DNA of 64,000 bases from Dictyostelium discoideum. Taxonomy: Eukaryota. Shown here in pieces: positions 23,305 to 34,257 of the stretch. The DNA is taken from positions 2,240,001 through 2,304,000 of the forward strand of contig CM000154.2 of the NCBI GenBank assembly GCA_000004695.1. The letters are read 5' to 3'. The stretch's first letter is position 1. Every line of letters begins with the position of its first letter. A program made the position numbers and the translations under genes. The notes beneath the pieces were generated by a model. The model had not been told where the DNA came from. It saw only the letters and a program-made list of their open reading frames with translations, and ran no database searches.

Positions 23305-25121
23305 CCAAATAATAAAATAAAGGTATTATTTAATAAATAATTAATTAATAAAAATTTATTTTATAATTAGGAATTCCAAAAATTTTCCCAATTGAAAAAA
23401 TTATTGTTTATGGTGGTGACCAAATTGAAATTAATTTTCCATTTATTGATTATTTTAATAATCCAATTGATTATATTCCAGGTGTAAAAAATTTATCAAT
23501 ATCAATTTTAAATCCTTCAAATTCACCAAATCGTATAGATCAAGTTTTTATTCCACCAAATGTAATATCTGGAATAGGTACAATTTTTTATACATTTAAT
23601 GTTAGTAAAGAGGTTGAATTTAAAATTTTTTTTTTAAATTTTCAAGATTTAAATCCAATTAAAGTAAATGTAATAGGTTGTTCACCTTTTACTTTTCCTG
23701 ATAAACAAAAGGGTTGTTCTTTTTGTCTAATTGGTTCAACTGTTAAAAAAAGATATTATTATGATGATGATGATCTTATTGAACCTTGCAAAATATGTCC
23801 AGATAGTTTAACTTGTGAGAATGGAGATGTTTATTCCCATGTTGGTTATTATTTAATTAATCAAGATGTATCATTGGTTTACCAATGTGCATTAGATATG
23901 TGTTTAGAAAATAATCAATGTTCAAATAAAAATAATTATGGTGATTTATGTTTTGAGTGTATTGATAATGATGGAAATCAAGTTGTTTCAAAAAATGGTA
24001 TTCAATGTTGTTCAAAATTTATAGGTTGGTTAATAATTCCAATTATTTTAATTTATTTAATATTTGGTTTAATTCTATCTTATATAAAATATACAGTATT
24101 TAATAGTTTATTATGTAAATCCATATTATTTATTCAAATTAATTCAGTGATTTTCTTTCCTTATAGTGGTATTTATTTTTTACCATTATTTAGAGGTTCA
24201 CTTGATATGATTGATGGTATTTGTTTATCAAAGAATTTAAACTATATTGGCAAAGTATACTTGTCATATTTAATAATAATTTTATTATTTATAATTGGTT
24301 CAACTGATATAACAATTAAGTTATTTATTAAAATTTATCAAATATTTTTTAAAAAATCTAAAGAGTCAACAGTATTACCAAATTTCATAGTAAAAATATT
24401 AATAAGAAAAAAACAATATGGAGAATTTAATTATAAAATGAAATCTTTGTTTTCACTATTTCAAATTTTATTAATACCATTACTTTTCAATTCAATTTCA
24501 ATGTTGGTAAAGAAAAATATTCTTTACAACACCACTCGATTAATAATGGATTTTTCAATAATCAATTCTTCAAATCGAACCTTTTTACAAATTATTTCAA
24601 TACTTTTATTAATAATAATTGGTTTTTTTATTTTATTAGTGGTTTTAATATTTAATTTAAAAACATTTTTAAAATTAGTTAAAAAATTAGGACTAAATCT
24701 AAAATTCATTGAAAAATTTAAATTACAATCAAAATTAATTCAAATTTTAAATACTGACACAAGTAATAGTATATATAGGAATCAATTTAAATGGTGGAAT
24801 GTTATTGAAATTATTAGATCAATTATATTTTCCATTCTTTCAATATCAATGATATTCTCACCAAATTATTATATGTTAATTATAGTTTCAATACAGTTTA
24901 TCTATACATTCCTTTATATATTTTTTGAACCATTGCAAAAGAAATATTATTTTAAAAATATTTTAATTAATTTTTCCCAATTAATAATTTTTACAATTTT
25001 TGGTTCCTCTTTATTTCAAACATTGATTTTACCATTTTTTAAAGGTTTAATAATTTCAATTTTATCTTTTTTGGTTTTTATTATTATAATTTTTTTTAAA
25101 AAAATAAATAAAAATAAATAA
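20286..25121 (+). CDS. Large (~1565 aa) secreted/multi-pass membrane protein: signal peptide, Asn-rich beta-helix-like repeat region, Cys-rich module, ~9 TM helices. Model: 20286..22124, 22157..23264, 23371..25121
   Basis: N-terminus MKGIKIILILFLILKINLIKSQEP is a signal peptide. About 1000 aa of N/S/I-rich degenerate repeats follow, with many NxS/T sites. The Cys-rich segment is GCSPFTFPDKQKGCSFCLIGS...EPCKICPDSLTCENGD...QCALDMCLENNQCSNKNNYGDLCFECIDNDGNQ...CCS. It is followed by 9 hydrophobic helices (IGWLIIPIILIYLIFGLILSYI ... LIISILSFLVFIIIIFF). Track ORFs 1 and 2 are joined by removing a 32-nt GT..AG segment (22125..22156), which restores the frame. Exon 2 ends G|GTATTT before a T30 run. 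Exon 3 enters at ataattag|GAATTCC in phase 1 and is open through the TTG-started track ORF 23874..25121. Confidence 0.6.
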
Positions 25122-25373
25122 AAATGAAAACATTTTGTAAATTAAATTAATTAAATTAATTTTTTTATAATACATGATGAGTACTTTATTAAAAAACCGC
25201 TGAGATGAAAATCAATTAATTTAATTATTCAAAGATTCATTCACAATTAAATATTTTTTTTTATAAATAATTTTTTCCATTTTTCTTTTAGAATTGGAGA
25301 ACGGCTTTCATTAAAAGGCTTTTACAAATTATTAACCGTAAAATTTTGGCTAAATTTAAAAAAAATCATAAAA

Positions 25374-25446
25374 GGGGATGTAGCTCAGATGGTAGAGCGC
25401 TCGCTTAGCATGCGAGAGGTAAAGGGATCGATACCCTTCTTCTCCA
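25374..25446 (+). tRNA. tRNA-Ala (anticodon AGC)
   Basis: GGGGATGTAGCTCAGATGGTAGAGCGCTCGCTTAGCATGCGAGAGGTAAAGGGATCGATACCCTTCTTCTCCA. A box is TAGCTCAGATGG, anticodon loop TTAGCAT (AGC), and the Ala identity pair G3:U70 is present. B-box-like GGGATCGATACCC. A T8 Pol III terminator follows. One U6-U67 mismatch in the acceptor stem and A54 in the T-loop are atypical. Confidence 0.8.
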
Positions 25447-25473
25447 TTTTTTTTGCCTAAAAATTTAGATTAA

Positions 25474-25485
25474 GGGTTCGACTCC
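25474..25485 (+). promoter_or_regulatory. ex-B box (extra B-box, GGGTTCGACTCC) ~28 bp downstream of the tRNA
   Basis: B-box consensus GGTTCGANTCC copy outside the tRNA body. Such external B boxes downstream of Dictyostelium tRNA genes are known and are the landmark near which TRE3 elements integrate. Confidence 0.6.
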
Positions 25486-25499
25486 TTAAAATATTGTTA

Positions 25500-26526
25500 A
25501 CATTTGAAAAAAAAAAAAACCGTACCGCGATCAAGAGGATACAAGATACACGTGAAAAAAAAAAAAAACCGTACATAAAAAACGAAAATGGACAACCACT
25601 TTCACTGGCAGAATGGTATACCACAATTCAAGACCAAAATCCAACCATCCCTAAAACGGAATTCCAATCATCTCTAAACTTAAGAGGCTACAGCTATAAT
25701 CAACTCTTCAACAACATACTGAAGATAAAAGACCCTAAAACAAGAGACACAATGTTTAGATTCCATGCCAGATGCCTTCCAATAAACTACCTTCACAACA
25801 AACAATGCCCACTCTGCAAAGAAGATATGAGCAAAGACCCATACGGTCACCTGTTCTTCTCATGCAAGAAAACAAAACAATTCATAAAAATAAATAAATA
25901 AACTCAAAAATTTCATCTATATTACCACAGGCAAAGGTAAAAACTGGCACCATACAAGAATTAGGCAAAATAACAATTTCATTAATAGAATAACTCCAAA
26001 ATTGTCACCGACAGCCAAAAAAGATCAAGAAGTGAATGCAGATTACGCCAACCACAGATTCCACAAAGAATACTTTGAATGGAACTATAAAGCAATAGAC
26101 TATGATCATTCGCATATAGAAACCTAATGGCCCTTATCCTCCACAACATTTGGATTTGGATTTGCAATCAAATATACAGTGAAGATCCTTTAACAGATGA
26201 ATCACTATCATACAGCTCCCTTCTAAAGAAATGGCACAAATTGGCCACTCTAGAATACATCAAAAAAGCAAAAGATCTGAAAAACTTATCAGCAAAAGAC
26301 CATAATAACTTCAAAGATCCTAAGATCCTTCTCACTTCAACGATCAAGCTAAGAAAAACAACAGCTAATTACTATTGTATTCCAGAATCATCTCTCCCAA
26401 ATATTATATCTTTTGATCAATTCATATGATTAAAATAACCCTTCAGCTTAAATGATAAGCATTTAAATAAATATTAAATAAAACTCGTATTAACACAGAT
26501 GGACATATATCAATCTTGTTAATCCA

Positions 26527-26561
<35 letters not shown>
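25500..26561 (+). mobile_element. 5'-truncated 3' fragment of a TRE3-type (tRNA-gene-targeted) non-LTR retrotransposon, ending in a ~32-nt poly(A) tail
   Basis: Begins ~50 bp downstream of the tRNA-Ala, right after the ex-B box. The GC-richer ORF fragment has rare host codons (CTG, CTC, ACG, GGC) and ends ...MFRFHARCLPINYLHNKQCPLCKEDMSKDPYGHLFFSCKKTKQFIKINK*. This is the H-x-C-x2-C...H...C Cys/His motif typical of the ORF2 C-terminus of non-LTR elements. About 600 bp of 3' module follows (including track ORF 26127..26429), then A32 at 26530..26561. The subfamily (TRE3-A/B/C/D) is not determinable here. Confidence 0.55.
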
Positions 26562-26565
<4 letters not shown>

Positions 26566-28239
26566 ATAAACTGAACCAGTTAGCTAACTACCAACTAGCA
26601 CCACAAGAGAATTTGGATCGAAAACAATAAATGTTTTGATAGAATAAATAATAGAACTATATATTTATTAATTCTAAATAGAATTTTGGTTAGTTAAAAG
26701 AAGATAATATAACAAGTAGTGGTCTAAAGAGACTAGGTTTGGGAGCACTGATTCAGAATGCAATTAACTTTACATGTTAAGTTTCTAAAATTAATAATTT
26801 GATTGAGAAAACGTTTAGATATTTTTTTATTCTATCAAATATAATTTAGTTTCTATTTTTTTTTTTTTATTTTTAATTTTTATTTTTATTTTTTTTTTTA
26901 GTTAAGTATATTAAATTTAAAAAACTAAAATAAAAAAAATAATAAACAAAATAAAATAAAATAGAAACTAAAATTTATTTGATCCTAAATCTAAAATAAT
27001 AAAATTTTACTTTTGTTTTTTTATATAATTAAATTTTATTTTTTGTTTTTTTTTACTCTATTTTTAATTTTTTTTTTTTTTTTTTCAAATTTTTCATAAA
27101 TTTATCTAAAATAAATTATTTGCTTTATAATAATGCTGTTGTTGTTATTGTAATGGTAATTGCAATTTCTGTTGTTGTTCTATTAACTGTGAGATTGGTG
27201 ACGTTGTTTCATTATTATTATTATTTTGTTGACCAGTTATCATTGGTTCGTTATCCTCGTTATTTGATTGTTTAAAAATTAATTAATAATTTAATTTCAA
27301 GTATGCCCTATTTTTTTTTTTTTTTTCTCAAGCACAAAAACAACAAAAAGAGATATAATATTATCAGAAATGAATTATCTAAAAATCCTTTGATGAATTA
27401 TTGAAAAATTTAGATTTAAACTGTAAATAAAATAATATCAAATAAAAATAAAAAAAAAAGATATAATAATTTCTAAAAATAGAAATCAAATTAAAAAAAA
27501 TAAAAAATAAAAAATAAAAAAAAAATAAAAAATCAACCCTATATTTTTTTTTATTTTCCTGAATAGGAAACAAAAAACCAAAACAGGAATTTATTGATCA
27601 ATGATTAAAAAGAGTAAAAATGAAAACAAAAAAAAAAAAAAAAAAAAAAATTTTAATGATCTGAATTCCTTTTTTGGTTTATAATAATCTCATCCAAACT
27701 TGGTATGAAAATAAATAAAAAAAAAAAGAAAAAAAAAGTATAAAAAAAGAAAAATTTTCTTTTTAATTTTCATTCATAAAATAAATTCTAACAAAACAAC
27801 AACTAATAAAAAAATAAAAATTAAATATATACAAAAAAAGAATTAAAATAGTATTGTGAAAAAAAAAAAAGTAAATTATTTATAAAACATTATTAAAAAT
27901 AATACTAATTTTTATATATTACTTTTATTTTTTTCTTTTTTTACTATTAAAATAAAGATATAGGTGAATGGAATTCTAAAAAAGATTATACATAATATTG
28001 GTTAATTATTCTTGAATTTCAATTTAATAGTATTTTTTTCAATTTCTTTTTTTAAGATTAATTAAAGAGGGTTTAAAGAGTATTACAAAGATTTTTACTC
28101 CAATGGATCATAATTGGAGGGGCATCACAGATACAATAATTTTTTTTCAACTTTTTAAATGATAAACAAAACAAAATGGATTAATTTCTATTTTGTTTTA
28201 ATCTTTTGTGTAGGAGAATTAAAATTTTCTATTCTGGAG

Positions 28240-28425
28240 TTGTCCTTCTTTTACATTTTCATTGTACGCCGGGTGGTTTGAAGCCTTATCATTCACATAT
28301 ACAATGAAGCATCATTAGTGGATGATCGTGCTGTAATCAGTTAAAGTGGGCAAAGTTGGGGAGTCAGACATGCCTCCCATCCTAATCGAGGAAACGACCG
28401 ACCACTCCTCATTTACATTCTTTTT
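28240..28425. ncRNA. GC-richer island (~48% GC): candidate structured ncRNA or retro-inserted small RNA with SRP-RNA (7SL) Alu-domain-like motifs; strand uncertain, + favoured
   Basis: The + strand carries GCCGGGTGG (28268-28276), CTGTAATC (28331-28338), and AAGTTGGGGAGTCAGACATGCCTCCC, a GGGAG/CTCCC hairpin. Compare 7SL GCCGGGCGCGGUGG ... CUGUAAUCCCAGC ... UUUGGGAGGC. A GNRA-type hairpin TCGAGGAAACGACCGA resembles the helix-8 GGAAAC loop. All six frames have stops and rare CGG/TCG/CGA codons. The island is flanked by direct repeats TTTACATTTTC (28250-28260) and TTTACATTC (28411-28419). Confidence 0.3.
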
Positions 28426-29412
28426 AGAAATAAAAAGAAACTTCAAACATGTAATATTAATTTATTATGTCAAGTGTTTCGAAGGTAAATGTGCTAATTA
28501 GAATATTGTAATTCCTGGGTATTACCTCTTTTCAAAATCATAAAAAAAAAAAAATAAAAAATAAAAAATATGAAAAAAAAAGGAAATTAATCAATCACAA
28601 CTCTCTCAATAGATTATAGTTCAACAAAAAAAAAAAAAAACAACAACTCAATCAATATGAAAATCAATTATTTTTTTATATTGTCGTAATGAATGTTGTT
28701 TTTTTTAATACTATAACACTTTTGTTTTCATAAATCAATAATATCACCTTCAAAAAAAAAGTAAGTTATTTTTTTTTTTTTTTTTTTAATAATAATAATT
28801 ACCGTTCACTGAAACTATAACAATTTTAAAAAAATTCAAAATACCTAGGTTACATTAATGTTCTTATAAGAAGGCGAAGTGTGTTCTCAAACTCAAATAA
28901 AAAATAAAAATCCATTCCAAAGAAAGTGTTTTAAACTATTTAGTAAATTAGAATTTAAATAATTTTTTTTAAAAAAACCTTTCAATTATAATCAAATTAG
29001 TCAATGTTTAAATAAAAAACACCTTTAACTTATTGATCATACAAATTTTTTTCATTTTTTCATTTATTTTCTAATTATTATTATTTTCTATTTTCTTTAT
29101 TTATACAACCCCAAAACTCTTGTATTTCCAATCAAGACAACACATAAAAGGATACACACAACATAAATAATAATAAAAGAAAGAAAATATTTTTAACGAG
29201 ATTTTAAAATCATTAAAAAAAAAAAAAGGAAAATTAGAAGAGAGTTTATTAATGTGTATTTTTTTTTTTTGTTTTTGTTTTTGTTTTCTGTTTTTTTTTG
29301 TTTTTTTTTTTCTGTTTTTTTTTTCTGTTTTCTTTTTCTGTTTTCTGTTCTTTTGTTTTTCTGTTTTTTTTTTTTATTTTCTTAAAAAAAAATTAATTTT
29401 TGTTTACCAAAA

Positions 29413-32400
29413 CTAACTATCAACCTCTTCATCATAATTTAAATTGTTATTATAATCATCATCTGGATTTTGAATTAAATCATTCAAGAAACTAAGTTGT
29501 TTAATGAATTTTGATTTCATTGTTTCTAATTCTGTTAAAATTTCGGTAAATGATGGACGTTGTGAAGGATCGGAAGCCCAACATTTTGTAATTAATTTTC
29601 TAAGGGACACTGGACAATCGGGTGGGATTGCAGGTCTATAATTTTCAAATGCAGCTTTAGCTGCAGATGCAGTACCATCCAAACCTTCGAATGGTATTTT
29701 ACCAGTATAAATTTCATAAACCACCAAACCAAAACTGTATACATCAACTTTTTCATTATACACCAATCCTTTTGTTAGCTCTGGACTTCTCCAACGTGGA
29801 TTAGTTATACCACTTAATGTCATATCATCGCTTAAAGTTGTTGCTAATCCAAAATCTGCAATTTTAATATTTTTAAATTCATCCAACTAAAATAATAATT
29901 ATAATAATAAAAATGTTAATATAAATAATATAAAGATAAAATATTTTTATTATAATATTCTTTCTTTTTTTTTTTTTTTAAAAAAAATAATAATACATAC
30001 TAAAATATTTTTACTTGTTAAATCTCTATGTAACATTTGAATTGAATGAAGATGTTCCATACCTAAAGATAAATCATGAATCATTTTATACATCATTAAT
30101 GGATTTAATTTAATTTTTTGAATATGTAAAACATCATAAAGAGAACCACCTTGAAGATACTCTGTAAAGATACATGGTGGATCAATACAGGCACCCATAA
30201 AAGTGACAACATTTGGATGATGAGATTTAATTAAACTTGAAACTTCTTTTATGAATTTTTCATCATTGGAAATACTTTCATTCTTTAATATTTTGATGGC
30301 AACTTTATAACCATTCCAAATACCAAGGAAAACATTTGCAAAACTTCCGGCACCAACCTTTTCAACGATGGCAACTTCATCAAATTTAATTTCTTTCTTT
30401 CCACGTAAAAACTCTGTAATTTCATTGAAACGCTCTTTCTTTTGAAGTTCTCTCTCCACCTCTTGATCATTATTTAACGACCAAAGTATACCTGGTGAAG
30501 AAAAGAATAATTTTCCCTCCAAATGATCGAAAAGTTTTAAGATATCATTGAAAGTTGGTCTATCACTTGGTAGAGGAGCCCAGCATCTATTAATTAGTTT
30601 ACGGATGATCAATGGACATGAAGTTGGTATCTTTGGTCTTAGATTTTCATAGGCGACTTTGGCAGCCACAGAGATATCATTGAATTTTCTAAATGGTAAA
30701 TGCGAAGTCAATGCCTCCCATAAAACAAAGGCATAGGCATAGACATCGATTGAACATGATATTTGATCCTCTTCCATTCTTGTCATTTCCGGTGCCATAT
30801 ATCTTGGTTCAATGGCTGGATTATTTAAATCGGTAGCATTCAACTTTGGGAATGATACTTTTACAATTTGAAATCTATCAAGATAAATGGACCTACTTGT
30901 TAAATTACCATGTGCAACATCTTTTGAATGTAATAATCCCATAACGCTTGCAATGTCCTTACTTATCTTTATAAATAGTGCCATATCAATCTTTAAACCA
31001 TCCCTATGAATTAAGTCATGTAATGAATTCATACCTTTAAAACTTTCAAAAATAATTGAATCACCACACCAACCAACTAATAATCCAAGATTTTTATGTT
31101 GAATCATTGTATATTTACTTGGTATAACTTCACTATTACTACCATTACTATTATTACAATGATGATGATTATGATTATTACCACCACTGCTGCCACTATT
31201 ATTACTTCCACTAACATTACTACCATTAAATAATTGTTTTCTTTTTTCAATATTTTTATCAGAATCTTGATCTTTTGGTTGTTTTAATACTAATTGAGTT
31301 GATTTATATTCAATTTGCCAAATATTACTTGATTTTGAATTTGATTCTAATTTCTCCAATAATTTAATTTCTTTAAATTCAATTGGTTTTGTATAAAGTT
31401 GATTCTCTCGTATCAATTGAGTTAATGATTCAAATTGTTCTTCATTCTTTTTTTCATAAGAATCAATTGATTCATTTTCATTCTCAAAGAATTGTATTGG
31501 ACTATTTATTGAAGAGTTTGATGATGTTTTAAAACATCCATTATTATTACCACCACCACCACTACCACTACCACCACTAATACTTGCACTACCGCGTGGA
31601 GAAGTATTTATACTACTATATAATTCAGCTCTTAAATCCAATGGTCTAAGTTCAATTTTTAATTCTTGTGAAAACTTTCTTAATGAATTTGTTAAATTTG
31701 AAGAAGTGGAAGAGGTTGATGATGATGGATTCATTGATCTTGGTGAGAGAGGATTACAACTTATTGTACTAGTACTACTTCCATTAAGGCTCCAATTACT
31801 ATTACTATTTGAAAGTGATGTTATTAAATTTTCCAATTCAATAATTTTTTCATTGATTTTTTGAATTTCTTCTGAAAGATTTTCAAAACTATCAGCATTC
31901 TCTGAATAACCTTCATCAATTAGATTTTGTTTCTCAATTAATGATTCTTTTTTCTCTATTAATTCATAAATCTCTTTTCTAGTACAACTTAATTTCTCCA
32001 ATGTTTTATTGTTTAAACCTTTTTGATGATTATGATTTGGATGATGTGGATTTGATGATGATGTTGATGATGATCCTGATGATAATGTTGGTGATAATGT
32101 AACTGTATCATCTGCACTCTTTCTAATGTGACCACTATTATTGATATTATTATGACCTTGATGATGATTATGATGATTGTGTTGATGATGATGATGATGA
32201 TGATTGATACAATTTGTATTCGCTGTAATTGAATTTATAACACTTGTATTTATGCAATTTATTGGATTTGTACCAGGAAAAGTTAAACTTCTAACATTAC
32301 GATTTGGTGGTGACATTGGTGGTGACATAGATGATGAAAATACATTATTTAATTCACCACTACTTGTTATACTATTACTACCAAAACTATTCTTTAAACT

Positions 32401-33543
32401 TTTAATTGAAGATGACGATGGAAATGATGGTAAAGCAGGTGGTAAATTTGTAATTGTTGTTGTTGTTGTTGTTGATGTTATTGTTGATGTTGTTGTAGTT
32501 GGGTTTGGTAATAATTCATATTGTTCATTGTTTGGCATTGATAATGGATTAAATAATGGTTGTGATATAAAATTATCATTACTATTATTAATAATATTGG
32601 TATTATTATTACTATTTACATTATTATTACCACTATTATTTAAGTTAATATTATTACCACTATTATTTATTGAAGAAGAAGGTGAACTTATACTATTATT
32701 ATTATTATTATTATTATTTAAACTGCAATTTAATAATGATTGTGACATTGAATATAATGTATGTGGATCAAAACTTGGTGGAGATGTAATAAGTCTTTCT
32801 CTTTTTTTCTCTTTCTCTGATTCAATATCTTCAGTATAGACCAATACCTCATCAATGTTTTCAGATTCATCACTTGATTCACCACTGGTATCTTCATTTT
32901 CTTGAGTATCAAATTCACCATGATGATGATGATGATTATGAAGATGATGTTCAATTGAATGAGCCAATATCGGATCCATACCTTCATTGAAAAAGTTATC
33001 TTCATTCTCTTCATTATACCCTATTATATCATCATGGTTCATAATTTCATCATTTTCTTTTTCTTTTTCTTTTTGTTGTTGTTGTTGAAGTTGATATAAT
33101 AATGTATTTTGGTCAGTTATGATATTATTTGAACCATGATTTAAAAATTCTTTATCTCCACTTGAAAACAGTATATTTTTATCAGAAAGAGATTGTTGTT
33201 TTTTATCTTGTTCATCAGCACCATCTTGTTGTTGTTCCAGCAATGTTGAATTTGGTAATGGTACCTTAATTTTACTATTTAAAAATATTCCATTACTACT
33301 ACCCCTTAATTCTATTTTATTTACATTTATACATGTCGAAATTGGTGATGGTGTATTATTTATATTTATATTATTGATTATATTTGAGTTTTTATTTACA
33401 TTATTTACAATTAGTTGTTCATTACTACTAGTATTGGTACATGAATTTAATAGGGTTCTCAGCGTAATTCCCTCACCATTAATATTATTATTATTATTGT
33501 TATTATTGTTATTATTATTATTATTATTATTAAAACTATCCAT
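29413..33543 (-). CDS. pyk3: Tandem-kinase TKL protein (N-terminal pseudokinase + C-terminal active kinase), 1338 aa, Pyk3-like; 2 exons: 30001..33543 and 29413..29886
   Basis: Exon 1 (ATG 33541-33543) encodes a ~600-aa N/S/H-rich region. The first kinase-like domain (..HSKDVAHGNLTSRSIYLD.., VSFPKL in place of DFG, ..PRYMAPE..) lacks the catalytic Asp and DFG, so it is a pseudokinase. The second domain (VGAGSFANVFLGIWNGYKVAIKILK...HRDLTSKNILL) is interrupted by a 114-nt GTATGT...TTTTAG intron. Exon 2 continues DEFKNIKIADFGLA...RWRSPE...CWASDPSQRPSF. Total 3543+471 nt gives 1338 aa. The architecture and length match what I recall of D. discoideum Pyk3, but the name is not verified here. Confidence 0.7.
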
Positions 33544-33567
33544 TCTGTTTATTTTTTATTTTTTATG

Positions 33568-33600
<33 letters not shown>

Positions 33601-34162
33601 TGTTTTTTTTTTTTTTTTTTTTATCAAATAATAACAATCCTCTTAGTTAACTAAAACAATTTTTAAAAAAAAAAAAGATTTTTATTTTTGTTTTTTTTTT
33701 TTGTTTTTTTTGTTTTTTTTTTTTTTATTTTATTTTATTTTATTTTGTTTTTTTTTATTTTATTTTATTTTATTTTTTTTTTTATTTTTATTTTTTCATT
33801 TAAAATAAATTAGAACAACCGTTAGCAAAACTAAAATGATAAATTTATATTTATTATACTTATATAAATAAATAATTATATAAATATATTTATATATATA
33901 TAATTTGTGGTGTGTAAAAGAATTAATTGTGACAGTAAATGGGAGGGGGGGAAAATTTTAAAAAAAAATAAATGAAAAATAAAAAAAAAAAATAATAAAA
34001 AAAATAATTATATGTATATATAGTAATTATAAAAATTTCCAATTGTAATAAATAATACATAAATTTAATAATAATAATAATAATTTTCCAAAAAAAAAAA
34101 TTTACTCATTTAATTCGATACATCAGATATTGGAATGTTTTTTTACAGAGTGGTGTTATTTT

Positions 34163-34226
34163 GTCTCTCTTTTTTTTTTTTTTTTTTTTGTCTCTCTTTT
34201 TTTTTTTTTTTTTTTGTCTCTCTCTA

Positions 34227-34252
<26 letters not shown>
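34163..34252. repeat. Three tandem copies of GTCTCTC followed by long T runs
   Basis: ttgtctctct(t19)gtctctc(t19)gtctctctctattttt... in the pyk3 / Cys-rich-gene divergent intergenic region. Confidence 0.8.

Positions 34253-34257
<5 letters not shown>

Noticed and set aside
26127-26429. 100-aa ORF MALILHNIWIWICNQ...
   Set aside because: It lies inside the 3' region of the TRE3-type retroelement upstream of its poly(A). It is treated as element sequence, not a host gene.
27175-27270. Short minus-strand ORF (MITGQQNNNNNETTSPISQLIEQQQKLQLPLQ*)
   Set aside because: It is too short (32 aa) and isolated, with no upstream exons found in the AT-rich 27.3-28.2 kb region.
28300-28345. Box C/D interpretation of the 28.3-kb GC island (GGATGATCG / AATGATGC)
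   Set aside because: The CUGA motifs are on the wrong side of the C-box-like sequences on both strands, and there is no terminal stem. It is kept only as a generic ncRNA or retro-insert candidate.
32204-32839. 211-aa plus-strand ORF
   Set aside because: It is antisense to the pyk3-like exon 1 and consists of low-complexity V/L/D runs.
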